From IMG/VR virus record IMGVR_UViG_3300050120_000135: 64,000 bases of DNA, one strand, 5' to 3'. The notes under the pieces are model-generated. The model had not been told where the DNA came from. It saw only the letters and a program-made list of their open reading frames with translations, and did no database searches. The stretch's first letter is position 1. Every line of letters starts with the position of its first letter. Positions 17,884 to 26,061 of the stretch are shown here, piece by piece. Origin of the DNA: a virus. The translations under genes and the position numbers were made by a program.

Positions 17884-18540
17884 TCAGACTGTGACGACGG
17901 TCAACGATACGCCGGTCGACTTTGGCAGCGCGCCCGACTGTTGAACGATCGCGAGCTCGACCGGTGTTAACGCAAACTCGAACTTGAAGGTCATCGTCAT
18001 GTCGAGACCATCAATGACGTAGCAGTTGCCGCGGTTCGGAAACAGGTTGAGCAAGATCTGGTTAATTGCCGGAATCGAACCGTCGCAGATATTGGCAAGC
18101 GCTTTGGCAAAGATCAGTGTTCGGTACGCCGTGTCCGATAGAATGAAGTTGTTGTTGATCTGCTGACCAGAAAAAAACGGCGCGTTGTTGAAGGGCTGTG
18201 CTGGAATGCCGGCTTCCTCGAACCCCAGGAAATCCTGGTCCCCAGACGTCGTCACCGTTCGACTGACCACAACGATGCGCCCCCACACATCGAGCCCCCA
18301 ACCCTGCGCAGTGTCGACGTTCATCACCAGGTCGTAGAAGCTTTGAAAGTCGATCGTGGTGTCGAGGTAGGAATCCATGTTCTCGATCAGGCGCGTCAGT
18401 GTCGGCGAATTCGCATACTGCGAGATGATCGTCTTCCAGACGTCGAAGCTTGGGATGTCACCTATCGGCGAGACGCCGATGATGAAATTGCCGATCGCAT
18501 TCGAGCCAGCGCGCTGCGCAAAAATATCGGGGCCGCTCAC
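17884..18540 (-). CDS. baseplate protein (DUF2612-like, gpI position)
   Basis: 218 aa. Sits just downstream of the baseplate J gene. The N-terminus resembles the DUF2612 family by recollection. Confidence 0.65.
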   Translation of the reverse strand: MSGPDIFAQRAGSNAIGNFIIGVSPIGDIPSFDVWKTIISQYANSPTLTRLIENMDSYLDTTIDFQSFYDLVMNVDTAQGWGLDVWGRIVVVSRTVTTSGDQDFLGFEEAGIPAQPFNNAPFFSGQQINNNFILSDTAYRTLIFAKALANICDGSIPAINQILLNLFPNRGNCYVIDGLDMTMTFKFEFALTPVELAIVQQSGALPKSTGVSLTVVTV

Positions 18541-19967
18541 GTCAGGGTCACCGCGATGTTGTTGGCATTGATCGTCGGCACCTGGTCGGCGTTGACGTCG
18601 ACGAGCTGCAGCGTCGGCTTCGCCGCCTTCATTGCTCGACTCGAAACGGTCAGCGAATTATTGATGACCCAACTCGACCCCGACCCCGACTGAATAACGG
18701 TGCCGGCAGGTATCGCGCCGAGCAGATCAGAAATCGTCTGTCCAATCGCGATCGTTCCGGTAACAGCGGACGTGGTGAGCGCGGTTCCGGCGATCGAGCC
18801 GGTGAAGGTCGCCCCGGTCGTGTTGTTGGATCCGACCAGTATCGAGATCGGCTGCACCCACGAGCCAAGTGCCGCGATCGGCGCGTAATAGCGGCTTGCG
18901 AAGATCGACGAGGCAATGCGCGCCCGCGTGCCGCCGTCGGCGCCGGCGAAGGCTGCGATGATGGCTGCCTGGATCAGGGCAGCAGCATTTGAGGGGACTT
19001 GCGAATTGTTGGACAGCACCACCGCGAACAGGATAGCCAGCGACGACGGCCGCTCGAAACTGACCGCATACGACGGCAGCGGCGGCGAGTATCCGGAATT
19101 GCTGTCGTAGACCGTAACCGTCGTGTTGCCGTTGTAGCCGCAGCCCGGCGCCTTCTTAGTCCATATCGAATTGGCGACATCCTGATCTAGGCCGCCCACC
19201 GCCGACACATAGAGCGATTTTGCCGCGATCGACACGCCGCGAATTGTGATCGGCGAGGAAGTGGTGTTTTCCGTCACGTAAGCGTCGAGCACGTCCGAGA
19301 CATCGAGCACGGCACCGAGAACGGAGGGAAGCGAACCGCGCGCATTCTTGGCGACCTGCGCCTGCCGCTGCAATTCAAACTCAGCGCGGCTCTGCACAAG
19401 ATTGCCGAGCACGCCGTCGGCAATGTTGGTGATGCTGTCCCATCCGGGGATAGCTTGAAAGATTGTCGACAGGCTACCGGCCGGGCACGCGATCGGCCCA
19501 TTTGTGTTGCACGCAAAAGTCAGCGTGATGTTACCGGTCGAAGGAATGCCCGTTACCGGATCCGTGCCGTCGGTGCACGTATAGATCAGCCCGTCCGTTG
19601 CTCGAGCGGTGGCGCCGGCCGGAATGATGACGCCCTGCCCGCCGGTGCAAAGCGCCTCGACAACAGTCGGCTGCGCCGGCTTGCGCGTGATGAAATAAAT
19701 ACGACCTAGCGCGTCCTGCGCGCGCCCCGACGCATAGGCCGGGTCGAAGTTGTTGAACAGGTTTACGACGCTTGAATTCTTCTCGCCGATGATCGCGGTC
19801 GTCGAAGTTGCCAGCTGTCCTTGCGGCGTGTTCAGCGCCGGGTTGACGCCGCCACCGAATGCCGCATCGATGTCCGTCTGCACGCCGGCGAGCACGGCCG
19901 CGTCGCTCGGCGCGACAAAGCCTCGATCGGTGAAGGTCAGGCCGGGAACATTGGTCGTCACTGTCAT
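18537..19967 (-). CDS. baseplate J/gp47-family protein with extra C-terminal module
   Basis: 476 aa. Position and length fit the Mu/P2 baseplate order. The C-terminus carries the TGSIAG module. Confidence 0.8.
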   Translation of the reverse strand: MTVTTNVPGLTFTDRGFVAPSDAAVLAGVQTDIDAAFGGGVNPALNTPQGQLATSTTAIIGEKNSSVVNLFNNFDPAYASGRAQDALGRIYFITRKPAQPTVVEALCTGGQGVIIPAGATARATDGLIYTCTDGTDPVTGIPSTGNITLTFACNTNGPIACPAGSLSTIFQAIPGWDSITNIADGVLGNLVQSRAEFELQRQAQVAKNARGSLPSVLGAVLDVSDVLDAYVTENTTSSPITIRGVSIAAKSLYVSAVGGLDQDVANSIWTKKAPGCGYNGNTTVTVYDSNSGYSPPLPSYAVSFERPSSLAILFAVVLSNNSQVPSNAAALIQAAIIAAFAGADGGTRARIASSIFASRYYAPIAALGSWVQPISILVGSNNTTGATFTGSIAGTALTTSAVTGTIAIGQTISDLLGAIPAGTVIQSGSGSSWVINNSLTVSSRAMKAAKPTLQLVDVNADQVPTINANNIAVTLT

Positions 19968-19968
19968 G

Positions 19969-20319
19969 TCAGAACGCCGCCGGTGTTACAGTGCCATCCG
20001 GACCCGTGATCTGGATCTGTCCAGACGCGCGACGGTTGGCAAAGGAAGTGAAAAACACGGTGGCCGAGATAACCTCAGGCACCAGCAATGCTTGACCGAC
20101 GTACTTCTGCTTCATCAGCGATGGATTCGGCGCGCGTCCGAGGAACGATTGAAAGTAAGGCACGCCGATAGTGCTGTTGTAGTAGCACTCGCCGAGGAAG
20201 GTCCGCGCTGCGCTCGCAGCGTCCTGCGCCAGTGAATAAGGGTTGCTTGCGACCGCGATGTTACCGTTGACGTCCAACGCCAGATCCCACGTGTTCACGC
20301 CTAGGAAGATCGTTTTCAT
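19969..20319 (-). CDS. small baseplate protein (gpW/gp25 position)
   Basis: Only the last 116 aa (MKTIFLGVNTWDLALDVNG...) of ORF 19969..20838 look coding. The start overlaps the upstream stop (TGATG). Confidence 0.6.
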   Translation of the reverse strand: MKTIFLGVNTWDLALDVNGNIAVASNPYSLAQDAASAARTFLGECYYNSTIGVPYFQSFLGRAPNPSLMKQKYVGQALLVPEVISATVFFTSFANRRASGQIQITGPDGTVTPAAF

Positions 20320-21068
20320 CAGTTGTGCGGTCCCGCCGTGTTGCCGCCGCCGGTCTGAACGCCGCCATGCTTGTGGTTCTTGCCGCTGATGCCGCCGGCG
20401 ACGACGTCGGTGTCGCCGGTCACAGTGCCGCCGACATGGATGTCTCCGACATATAGGCCGCCGCTTACGTTCTCGATTGAGCCGCCGAGCTGCAGCGCTC
20501 CCTCGAGCGTCGCAACACCTTTGACGTCGACCGTCTGGTTGAAAACGACGGGCCCCGTGAACGCCCATCCGGTCGAGCTCGTGACCAAGCTGTTCGAGTT
20601 TTTGTCGTGCAGCTCCATACCGGTGTCGGTGAACTTGATCTCCTGGTCGGGGTCGCCGTTCAGCACGCCGCCAAAATAGATGCCGTCGGCCGCGGCGAAG
20701 CGATTGTCCGAGCCCGGGTTCGAGACTGCCTTGGTCGCCTTCACCGCGGAAATATCGCGATCGGCGCAAGCCATGATTCCGATGTCGCCAACGACCGGGT
20801 CGGCCGAGATTTTGTTCTTGCCGAATTGCCATGCCCAATACGGAATACCGAGAATCGTCCCGTGCGGTGTCGAGCGATTGTCGCCGTCGAGCTGGTTTAC
20901 CATCGGCTGCACGTCGACGGTTTTAGCGTCGGTGTCGACCGCCTTCACCTGAACGATCTTGATCGTCGAAATCTTGGAGATCTGCTGCCAGATCATAAAC
21001 AGCAAGGGGTTCGTTTCCCCGACGCTGTCGCTTGGGTCTTGCTGGCCGAACCCGGATTCGTTCGCCAT
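20319..21068 (-). CDS. baseplate central spike / assembly protein V-like
   Basis: 249 aa. Beta-rich, with a Gly-rich C-terminal needle-like repeat. Position is between the hub-like and W-like genes. Confidence 0.65.
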   Translation of the reverse strand: MANESGFGQQDPSDSVGETNPLLFMIWQQISKISTIKIVQVKAVDTDAKTVDVQPMVNQLDGDNRSTPHGTILGIPYWAWQFGKNKISADPVVGDIGIMACADRDISAVKATKAVSNPGSDNRFAAADGIYFGGVLNGDPDQEIKFTDTGMELHDKNSNSLVTSSTGWAFTGPVVFNQTVDVKGVATLEGALQLGGSIENVSGGLYVGDIHVGGTVTGDTDVVAGGISGKNHKHGGVQTGGGNTAGPHN

Positions 21069-21956
21069 TTATCGGACCGGCGTCGGGAATTTCGGATTGT
21101 AGGCCATGATGGTTGACTCCCACACTCCGCTCGGCGCCTGGGCCTCGAGCTCGTGGCTAAGGCCATAGATGGCCCACTCGCCGGTCGTCAAGACAGAACT
21201 CTCGACGCTTATTTTCTGACCGAGGCCCAAGGTCGGGTCGTAGAGATTCTTCACCATGATGCCGTAGGCGGTATAGGTCGGATAGCCCTGCATCGCGCCC
21301 TTCGGTGGCGGAGCGATCACCGGCACCTTGTTGCTGCGCGCGCCGTTCTTCGGCCAGATGGCCAGCAAGCCGCCCTCGCCGGCGTTCCACGCGATACCGG
21401 CCTGCCTCACCGCTGCGCGCGCCTGGTCGCGCAAGGAGCCGGAGAAGTAACAATTCGGCAGCTTCGTCTGCACGCCGGAATTCTCGAACCGCAGACCCAT
21501 TTTCGTGGCGTAGCCTGACATGATCGTAGCAACATCGGCGGGCCCGCGGAACGTCGATGCGTCCGCCGGCGCCGTGGCGTAAGCGCCTAGCGTGTGCGCG
21601 CTGATGTGAAAAGCGACTTCGGGCTGCGCGTTGTAGTCGGCATAAGCTGCGATGATGTAGCCCTCGAACGCCGTCGACATATTGCCGCCGAGCGTGCCGG
21701 CCAGCAGCGTGATGGGGTTCTTCGGCACCAAGTTGATCTGCATGCCGAGCGTCGAGAGCTGGTTCATGAGCGATCGTGTCATGCCGTAGATCGTAAGATC
21801 CATGGTGCCGTCGGATAAGCCTCCGGCATTCTGCAGCGTCGCCTTCATGCGCAAGCCGTCGGGCAGCGTGACCGTATTTCCTCCTTCCTTGAAGGTGGCA
21901 CCGCTGGCTGCAAGCGTAATCTTGGCGCCGAGCGCGCGTTCGACGAGCTCGACCAT
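21069..21956 (-). CDS. putative baseplate hub protein
   Basis: 295 aa. Assigned by position in the Mu/P2-like order. Confidence 0.55.
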   Translation of the reverse strand: MVELVERALGAKITLAASGATFKEGGNTVTLPDGLRMKATLQNAGGLSDGTMDLTIYGMTRSLMNQLSTLGMQINLVPKNPITLLAGTLGGNMSTAFEGYIIAAYADYNAQPEVAFHISAHTLGAYATAPADASTFRGPADVATIMSGYATKMGLRFENSGVQTKLPNCYFSGSLRDQARAAVRQAGIAWNAGEGGLLAIWPKNGARSNKVPVIAPPPKGAMQGYPTYTAYGIMVKNLYDPTLGLGQKISVESSVLTTGEWAIYGLSHELEAQAPSGVWESTIMAYNPKFPTPVR

Positions 21957-22262
21957 CTAGGCTGCCTCGAAGTAGATCAGCTGGAAGCGATCGCCGAGGC
22001 CGGTATAGAGCGGGTCGATCGGAGTGTCGCCGCCGAGCGTATCGAAAAACGCAAGGTCCCCGGGGAAACCGAGATAGGCATCGCGCACGATCGGATTCCT
22101 GTCCTCGCAAATCACGCCGAGAACGACGACTTCGCCGTTAATAAACACGTCGACGAACAAGCCGCTTGAGAGCTGATAGATGTTCAGGTCGCAGGTTTGG
22201 CCTGCGAGCGGAACGGTCAGCGTCTGGTTTGGTACCGCCTGCAGCGGAATTCTATCGGGCAT
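21957..22262 (-). CDS. tail/baseplate hypothetical protein (101 aa)
   Basis: Tightly coupled within the tail module. Confidence 0.55.
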   Translation of the reverse strand: MPDRIPLQAVPNQTLTVPLAGQTCDLNIYQLSSGLFVDVFINGEVVVLGVICEDRNPIVRDAYLGFPGDLAFFDTLGGDTPIDPLYTGLGDRFQLIYFEAA

Positions 22263-22981
22263 CAGGGTAACGCCTGCGAGAGACTGAAATCGGTTGCCGA
22301 TACCGGGACCGGCTGCACGGTGCCGTCGTTAATCACGGGCGCCGCAGTGGGCGAAAGCGGAGCTACGATCGGCGCCGTCGTCGGGAACCGGTCGTTGAAG
22401 GTGGTCGCGCCGCTGCCGGCGGTGTTGCTGTCGCTGGCGGTCGGGCTGGTCGCGCTCGATGCCGATGTCGAAAAGGTCGATGCCGCGCGAACCCGAACCT
22501 CCTCGCAGAAAACGTCGACCTGGATCAGGCCCACCCCGTTCTGCGCGGTCCGGCGATAGTCGTAGTGCACCGGGTTGACGTTCGGGTAGACCGCCTCCGG
22601 GCTGACCGCGTCCATCAAGCTGAGCGACCGGATGGCCGCCGCCACGCTCTCGAGCAGCGCCTGCCGAGCCGCCGGCGTGTCACCGGTGGCGAACCGCATC
22701 CGGACGTCGTAAGGCTGCTGCACCTTGTTGTAGCTCTCGAACCCGCCGTCCTCGACCGGGAAGCTAGAAATCCGCGCACCCTTCTTGAAATCGAACGAAA
22801 CGACCGACTCCGCGGTCACGACCGGCACCCCGTCGAGAAACAGGCCCCAGGGAGGGCTGTCGAGGCCGCCGAACAGCGAAAGTGCGTCCGCCGTCAGTAG
22901 CTGCACCACGGCGGCGACCGCGCCAGGAGCCCGCGGGAGCGCCGGCACGCCCGGGACGTTGGGAACATTCGGGAAGGCCAT
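22262..22981 (-). CDS. tail protein (239 aa) downstream of the tape-measure-like gene
   Basis: Coupled to its neighbours. No recognisable motif. Confidence 0.55.
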   Translation of the reverse strand: MAFPNVPNVPGVPALPRAPGAVAAVVQLLTADALSLFGGLDSPPWGLFLDGVPVVTAESVVSFDFKKGARISSFPVEDGGFESYNKVQQPYDVRMRFATGDTPAARQALLESVAAAIRSLSLMDAVSPEAVYPNVNPVHYDYRRTAQNGVGLIQVDVFCEEVRVRAASTFSTSASSATSPTASDSNTAGSGATTFNDRFPTTAPIVAPLSPTAAPVINDGTVQPVPVSATDFSLSQALP

Positions 22982-24412
22982 TTACTGCTGCCCGCTGTTG
23001 GCTTGCGCCGCGAAGCTTTGCCGCCTTACCGCGCCCGCGAACGAAGCTGCCCAAGCGTCCGGATTGGCGCCGGCCGGCGGAGTGACGTTTACCGTATTGA
23101 TGTGAACCTCAGTCGAGGTGTTCGATCCTCCGCCGCCTTCAGCGTTGAATCGCTGAACATAGTCAGCCCCGGAAGTTCCGTTCAGGTCGCGAAGATTGGC
23201 CCCGCCGGAAAGCGGTTTACCCGTCAGCCACATTGACGCAGCATCCTGCGGGTTGCCGAACTTCTTCACATAGCCGCCGAAGCGATGGTCGAAGATTTTG
23301 TCCTGTGATTCCGGAGAGGCCATGAATTCTGCGATAGACAGTCGCTTCCCGAGCGCGGCCTGTGACCAATCACCAATGTTGCTGCCCATGATCTGATATT
23401 TGCCGTAGGCTTGGTCGCCTGATCGCGTCGGCGGACCTACGGCAGCATAACCGCCGCTCCCACGGCTTTCGATGTTGGCAATCGCATTGCGCCACGCCGG
23501 GTTGCCCGCATCCGAACCTAAACCGGACGAAGTGCCGGGCAATATCGGGCTCCCCGGCTTGCGAACCTTGGAGTCCGGATTGGTGAGGTAGTCATAAGCT
23601 TCCGATGGCGTCATGTTGAGAATGTCGGAAGCCTTGATGATGCCTGGAATGATGCCGCTCTGGCGACCGCGCTCGTCTGTCTTCAAGAAGATCGCGTTCC
23701 AACGGCGCTCAAGTTCGCCAGCGGCGTCAGCGGATTCTTTTGTCGCGCCGCCGATCTTTTGAATGGCCGCCAGAATCTGCGGAAGCTTGCCGGTTATCAT
23801 TGCGTCATAGAGAGCGGGATCGAGCCCGACTGAGCGACCGAGAAGACCGGCGCGAGCCGGTCCATCAGGACCGCTGTCATGTATCGTCTTCAGGTTTTCG
23901 GCGAGATCGAACATCGATTGCTCAACGCCCTTATTGACATCGATGATTTTACCGCCTGCTGTTGAGATGGCTCGCAAGTCCGCGATCAGCGGAGAAACCT
24001 TGCCTATCTGCCACCCGGCGAAAGCGTCCGATATTGAAGTAAATGACTGCGCCATCCCCTTGGCGTCGCCGCCGAAGACTCGAGCGACCCCCTGCCACTT
24101 AGAAATAACCTGTTCCGAAACTCCGATGTTGCGGCTCACCCGACCGACAGCGGCATCGGCGTTCGTCAGGTCTTTGACAAACTCAAAAGCGCCCTTGCCG
24201 CCAGTAAACACCGCAAACAGCTGCAAGGCCTGTGTGCGCAATTCGCCGATTGCGGCTCCTGCTCGGTCTGAGCCGTACTCGATATTTTTGGCCGAACGCG
24301 TCTGCTGGTCTTCAAGCTTTTTGGCCGAATCGAACGCCTGCTGCTGGCCCTTCGTGAACTTGGCAGGATCGAGACCAAGTTCGACCACAAAGCTGTCGAT
24401 TACAGTCGGCAT
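22982..24412 (-). CDS. tape-measure-like tail protein with soluble lytic transglycosylase domain
   Basis: GAGGAAA RBS before MPTVIDSF. SLT motif NAIANIESRGSGGY...AYGKYQIM in the C-terminal half. Confidence 0.75.
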   Translation of the reverse strand: MPTVIDSFVVELGLDPAKFTKGQQQAFDSAKKLEDQQTRSAKNIEYGSDRAGAAIGELRTQALQLFAVFTGGKGAFEFVKDLTNADAAVGRVSRNIGVSEQVISKWQGVARVFGGDAKGMAQSFTSISDAFAGWQIGKVSPLIADLRAISTAGGKIIDVNKGVEQSMFDLAENLKTIHDSGPDGPARAGLLGRSVGLDPALYDAMITGKLPQILAAIQKIGGATKESADAAGELERRWNAIFLKTDERGRQSGIIPGIIKASDILNMTPSEAYDYLTNPDSKVRKPGSPILPGTSSGLGSDAGNPAWRNAIANIESRGSGGYAAVGPPTRSGDQAYGKYQIMGSNIGDWSQAALGKRLSIAEFMASPESQDKIFDHRFGGYVKKFGNPQDAASMWLTGKPLSGGANLRDLNGTSGADYVQRFNAEGGGGSNTSTEVHINTVNVTPPAGANPDAWAASFAGAVRRQSFAAQANSGQQ

Positions 24413-24957
24413 CGGCAACTTTCCTCGCGCGCCCACTGTTCCGGGTCTTTGGCGCCCTTGCGATGATTGCAGGGCTGGCAAAGCAACTGGATATTTGTGA
24501 TCCAGTTCGAGCCGCCGCGCGACAATGGCTTGATGTGGTCGACGTGATAGCCGCGCTTGATGGACTTCCCGCACTTCGCATTCGCGCAGCAATGTCCCTG
24601 TTTTTCGGCGAGCGCCAGAACCTCGTCCTTGGTATGCGAGCCTTCGGCAGCGCGAAGTCGCGCGGCCCTGTTCCTTGTTCGGGTTCTGCCGCTTTCCGGA
24701 TTAGCGCGACTGGAACGCCGGTCGTTCGCTCTCTTTTGGTCCGGGTTCGCCCGCGCCCACTCTGCTTGATATGAGATCAGTTCGTCGCGGCGCCGCTGGT
24801 AGTACAGCTTTTTGCTCGCGCGAATTTCGTTGCGTTTTTCTTTTTGACGCGCCGTCGATTCCGCAATGCGCGCATCTCGGTTCGCGGCATAGGCCGCTGC
24901 CTTTTGTGCGCGACGGCGCTCTCGGTTGGCGGCTTCCCATGCCTTGCTATCAAACAT
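24400..24957 (-). CDS. HNH endonuclease
   Basis: 185 aa. Basic repetitive N-terminus. C-terminal GYHVDHIKPLSRGGSNWITNIQLLCQPCNHRKG. Confidence 0.85.
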   Translation of the reverse strand: MFDSKAWEAANRERRRAQKAAAYAANRDARIAESTARQKEKRNEIRASKKLYYQRRRDELISYQAEWARANPDQKRANDRRSSRANPESGRTRTRNRAARLRAAEGSHTKDEVLALAEKQGHCCANAKCGKSIKRGYHVDHIKPLSRGGSNWITNIQLLCQPCNHRKGAKDPEQWAREESCRCRL

Positions 24958-24959
24958 TG

Positions 24960-25597
24960 CTACCGGCTTTTGTTAAGACGCCTGCGATTGTAGAGGTCCA
25001 CCAGCGATATTTCCAGCAGATCATAGGCGTCTTTTAGCGAATAGACCGTGCTCAACTCATGCAGGGTCGCCATCCGCATCGATACCACGGAAGCAATTAT
25101 TCTTGGGACGTTCCGGTATTCAATGAGGCCGAGATCTTCGCCGACACCGCCGTCCTCAACATCAATGCGATCTCGGCTGAAGTAAAACCTACGTGCAGTT
25201 CCAGGATCTGTTGCCTCAGCAGCATCAGCGTCGAGACTTCCTCGACCAGCATCTCGTTCCACGGAATCAGGATGGTCGCGCCGGCCGAGTTCTCTCCTGC
25301 CGGCGGCTTGGACTGCACGCACGCCGGCAACATCTCGCGCCAGAGCGGCAGCACCGCGTCCTCGCGCGCGCCCATGAAAGCCTGGTAGCCGATCAGCGCG
25401 AACCCGATCAGGCCCGCGTCCGCGATCTCCTGCGGCACAATGATTCCAGATGTGCCGAGCGCCATCATGGCGCGCAGTCCCCACTCCTCCGCCAGCACGG
25501 CGGAGACTTCGGTCAGGAGAAACGACTTGCCGGCGTCGCGATTCTCCTTCTCGCCGTCGGCCGGTCTGTCGATGATGACAATTTTTGTTCTGCGCAT
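24960..25597 (-). CDS. putative -1 frameshift extension product of the tail chaperone (GT-like)
   Basis: The -1 frame is open through the chaperone 3' end to 24960 and ends ...LIEYRNVPRIIASVVSMRMATLHELSTVYSLKDAYDLLEISLVDLYNRRRLNKSR. The only T-run candidate is GGTTTTA at 25183-25189. Confidence 0.4.
25097..25597 (-). CDS. tail assembly chaperone (gpG/gpE-like by position)
   Basis: 166 aa (MRRTKIVIID...) lying between the tube and tape-measure genes. The rest of ORF 25097..26449 is a shadow of the tube and sheath genes. Confidence 0.6.
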   Translation of the reverse strand: MRRTKIVIIDRPADGEKENRDAGKSFLLTEVSAVLAEEWGLRAMMALGTSGIIVPQEIADAGLIGFALIGYQAFMGAREDAVLPLWREMLPACVQSKPPAGENSAGATILIPWNEMLVEEVSTLMLLRQQILELHVGFTSAEIALMLRTAVSAKISASLNTGTSQE

Positions 25598-25599
25598 GT

Positions 25600-26028
25600 T
25601 TAGCTCGGCGTCGGGACGACGCGCTCCCATTCGATAGTGTGCTTGCGGGGTTGCAGCACTTTCTTGGCATCCGGAATCGGCTGCCACATGGTCATGAACC
25701 CGCGGGTCATCGTCCATTTTGTGCCGACCGACGTCAAGAGCACGACGCCGTTGATCTCGTACTTCGTCTGGTCGGCCTTTTCGCGCAATGCAATCTGGTC
25801 GAAGAAGAAGTTCGAGTCCGAGTCCGCCATCAGCGCGTAGGCCTGCTTCGTCGGTACGTTGGTGAAGCCCGCAGTCAGGTGGCCGTCGACGCCCATCTGT
25901 ACTTCGCCCGTCTGGATTGGGTCGGTACCGAAGATGTCGTCGGCCGCGAACTTCTGCAGCTGCACGGGAGCCGGAAACAGCAACGGGACGCTGAGCAGAA
26001 TCGTCGCGTTGGCGGACGTGATGTTCAT
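25600..26028 (-). CDS. tail tube protein
   Basis: 142 aa immediately downstream of the sheath gene. AAGGAA RBS upstream. Confidence 0.7.
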   Translation of the reverse strand: MNITSANATILLSVPLLFPAPVQLQKFAADDIFGTDPIQTGEVQMGVDGHLTAGFTNVPTKQAYALMADSDSNFFFDQIALREKADQTKYEINGVVLLTSVGTKWTMTRGFMTMWQPIPDAKKVLQPRKHTIEWERVVPTPS

Positions 26029-26061
26029 GGGGCGAATTCCTTGAAGTGAGGGAGGAGAGGC

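Noticed and set aside
19969-20838. 289 aa version of the small baseplate gene, and similar N-terminal extensions of ORFs 25097..26449, 24960..25670, 21157..22110 and 30345..31076
   Set aside because: The upstream parts are Arg/Gly/Pro-rich and overlap well-supported genes in another frame. Only the distal, coupled segments look coding.
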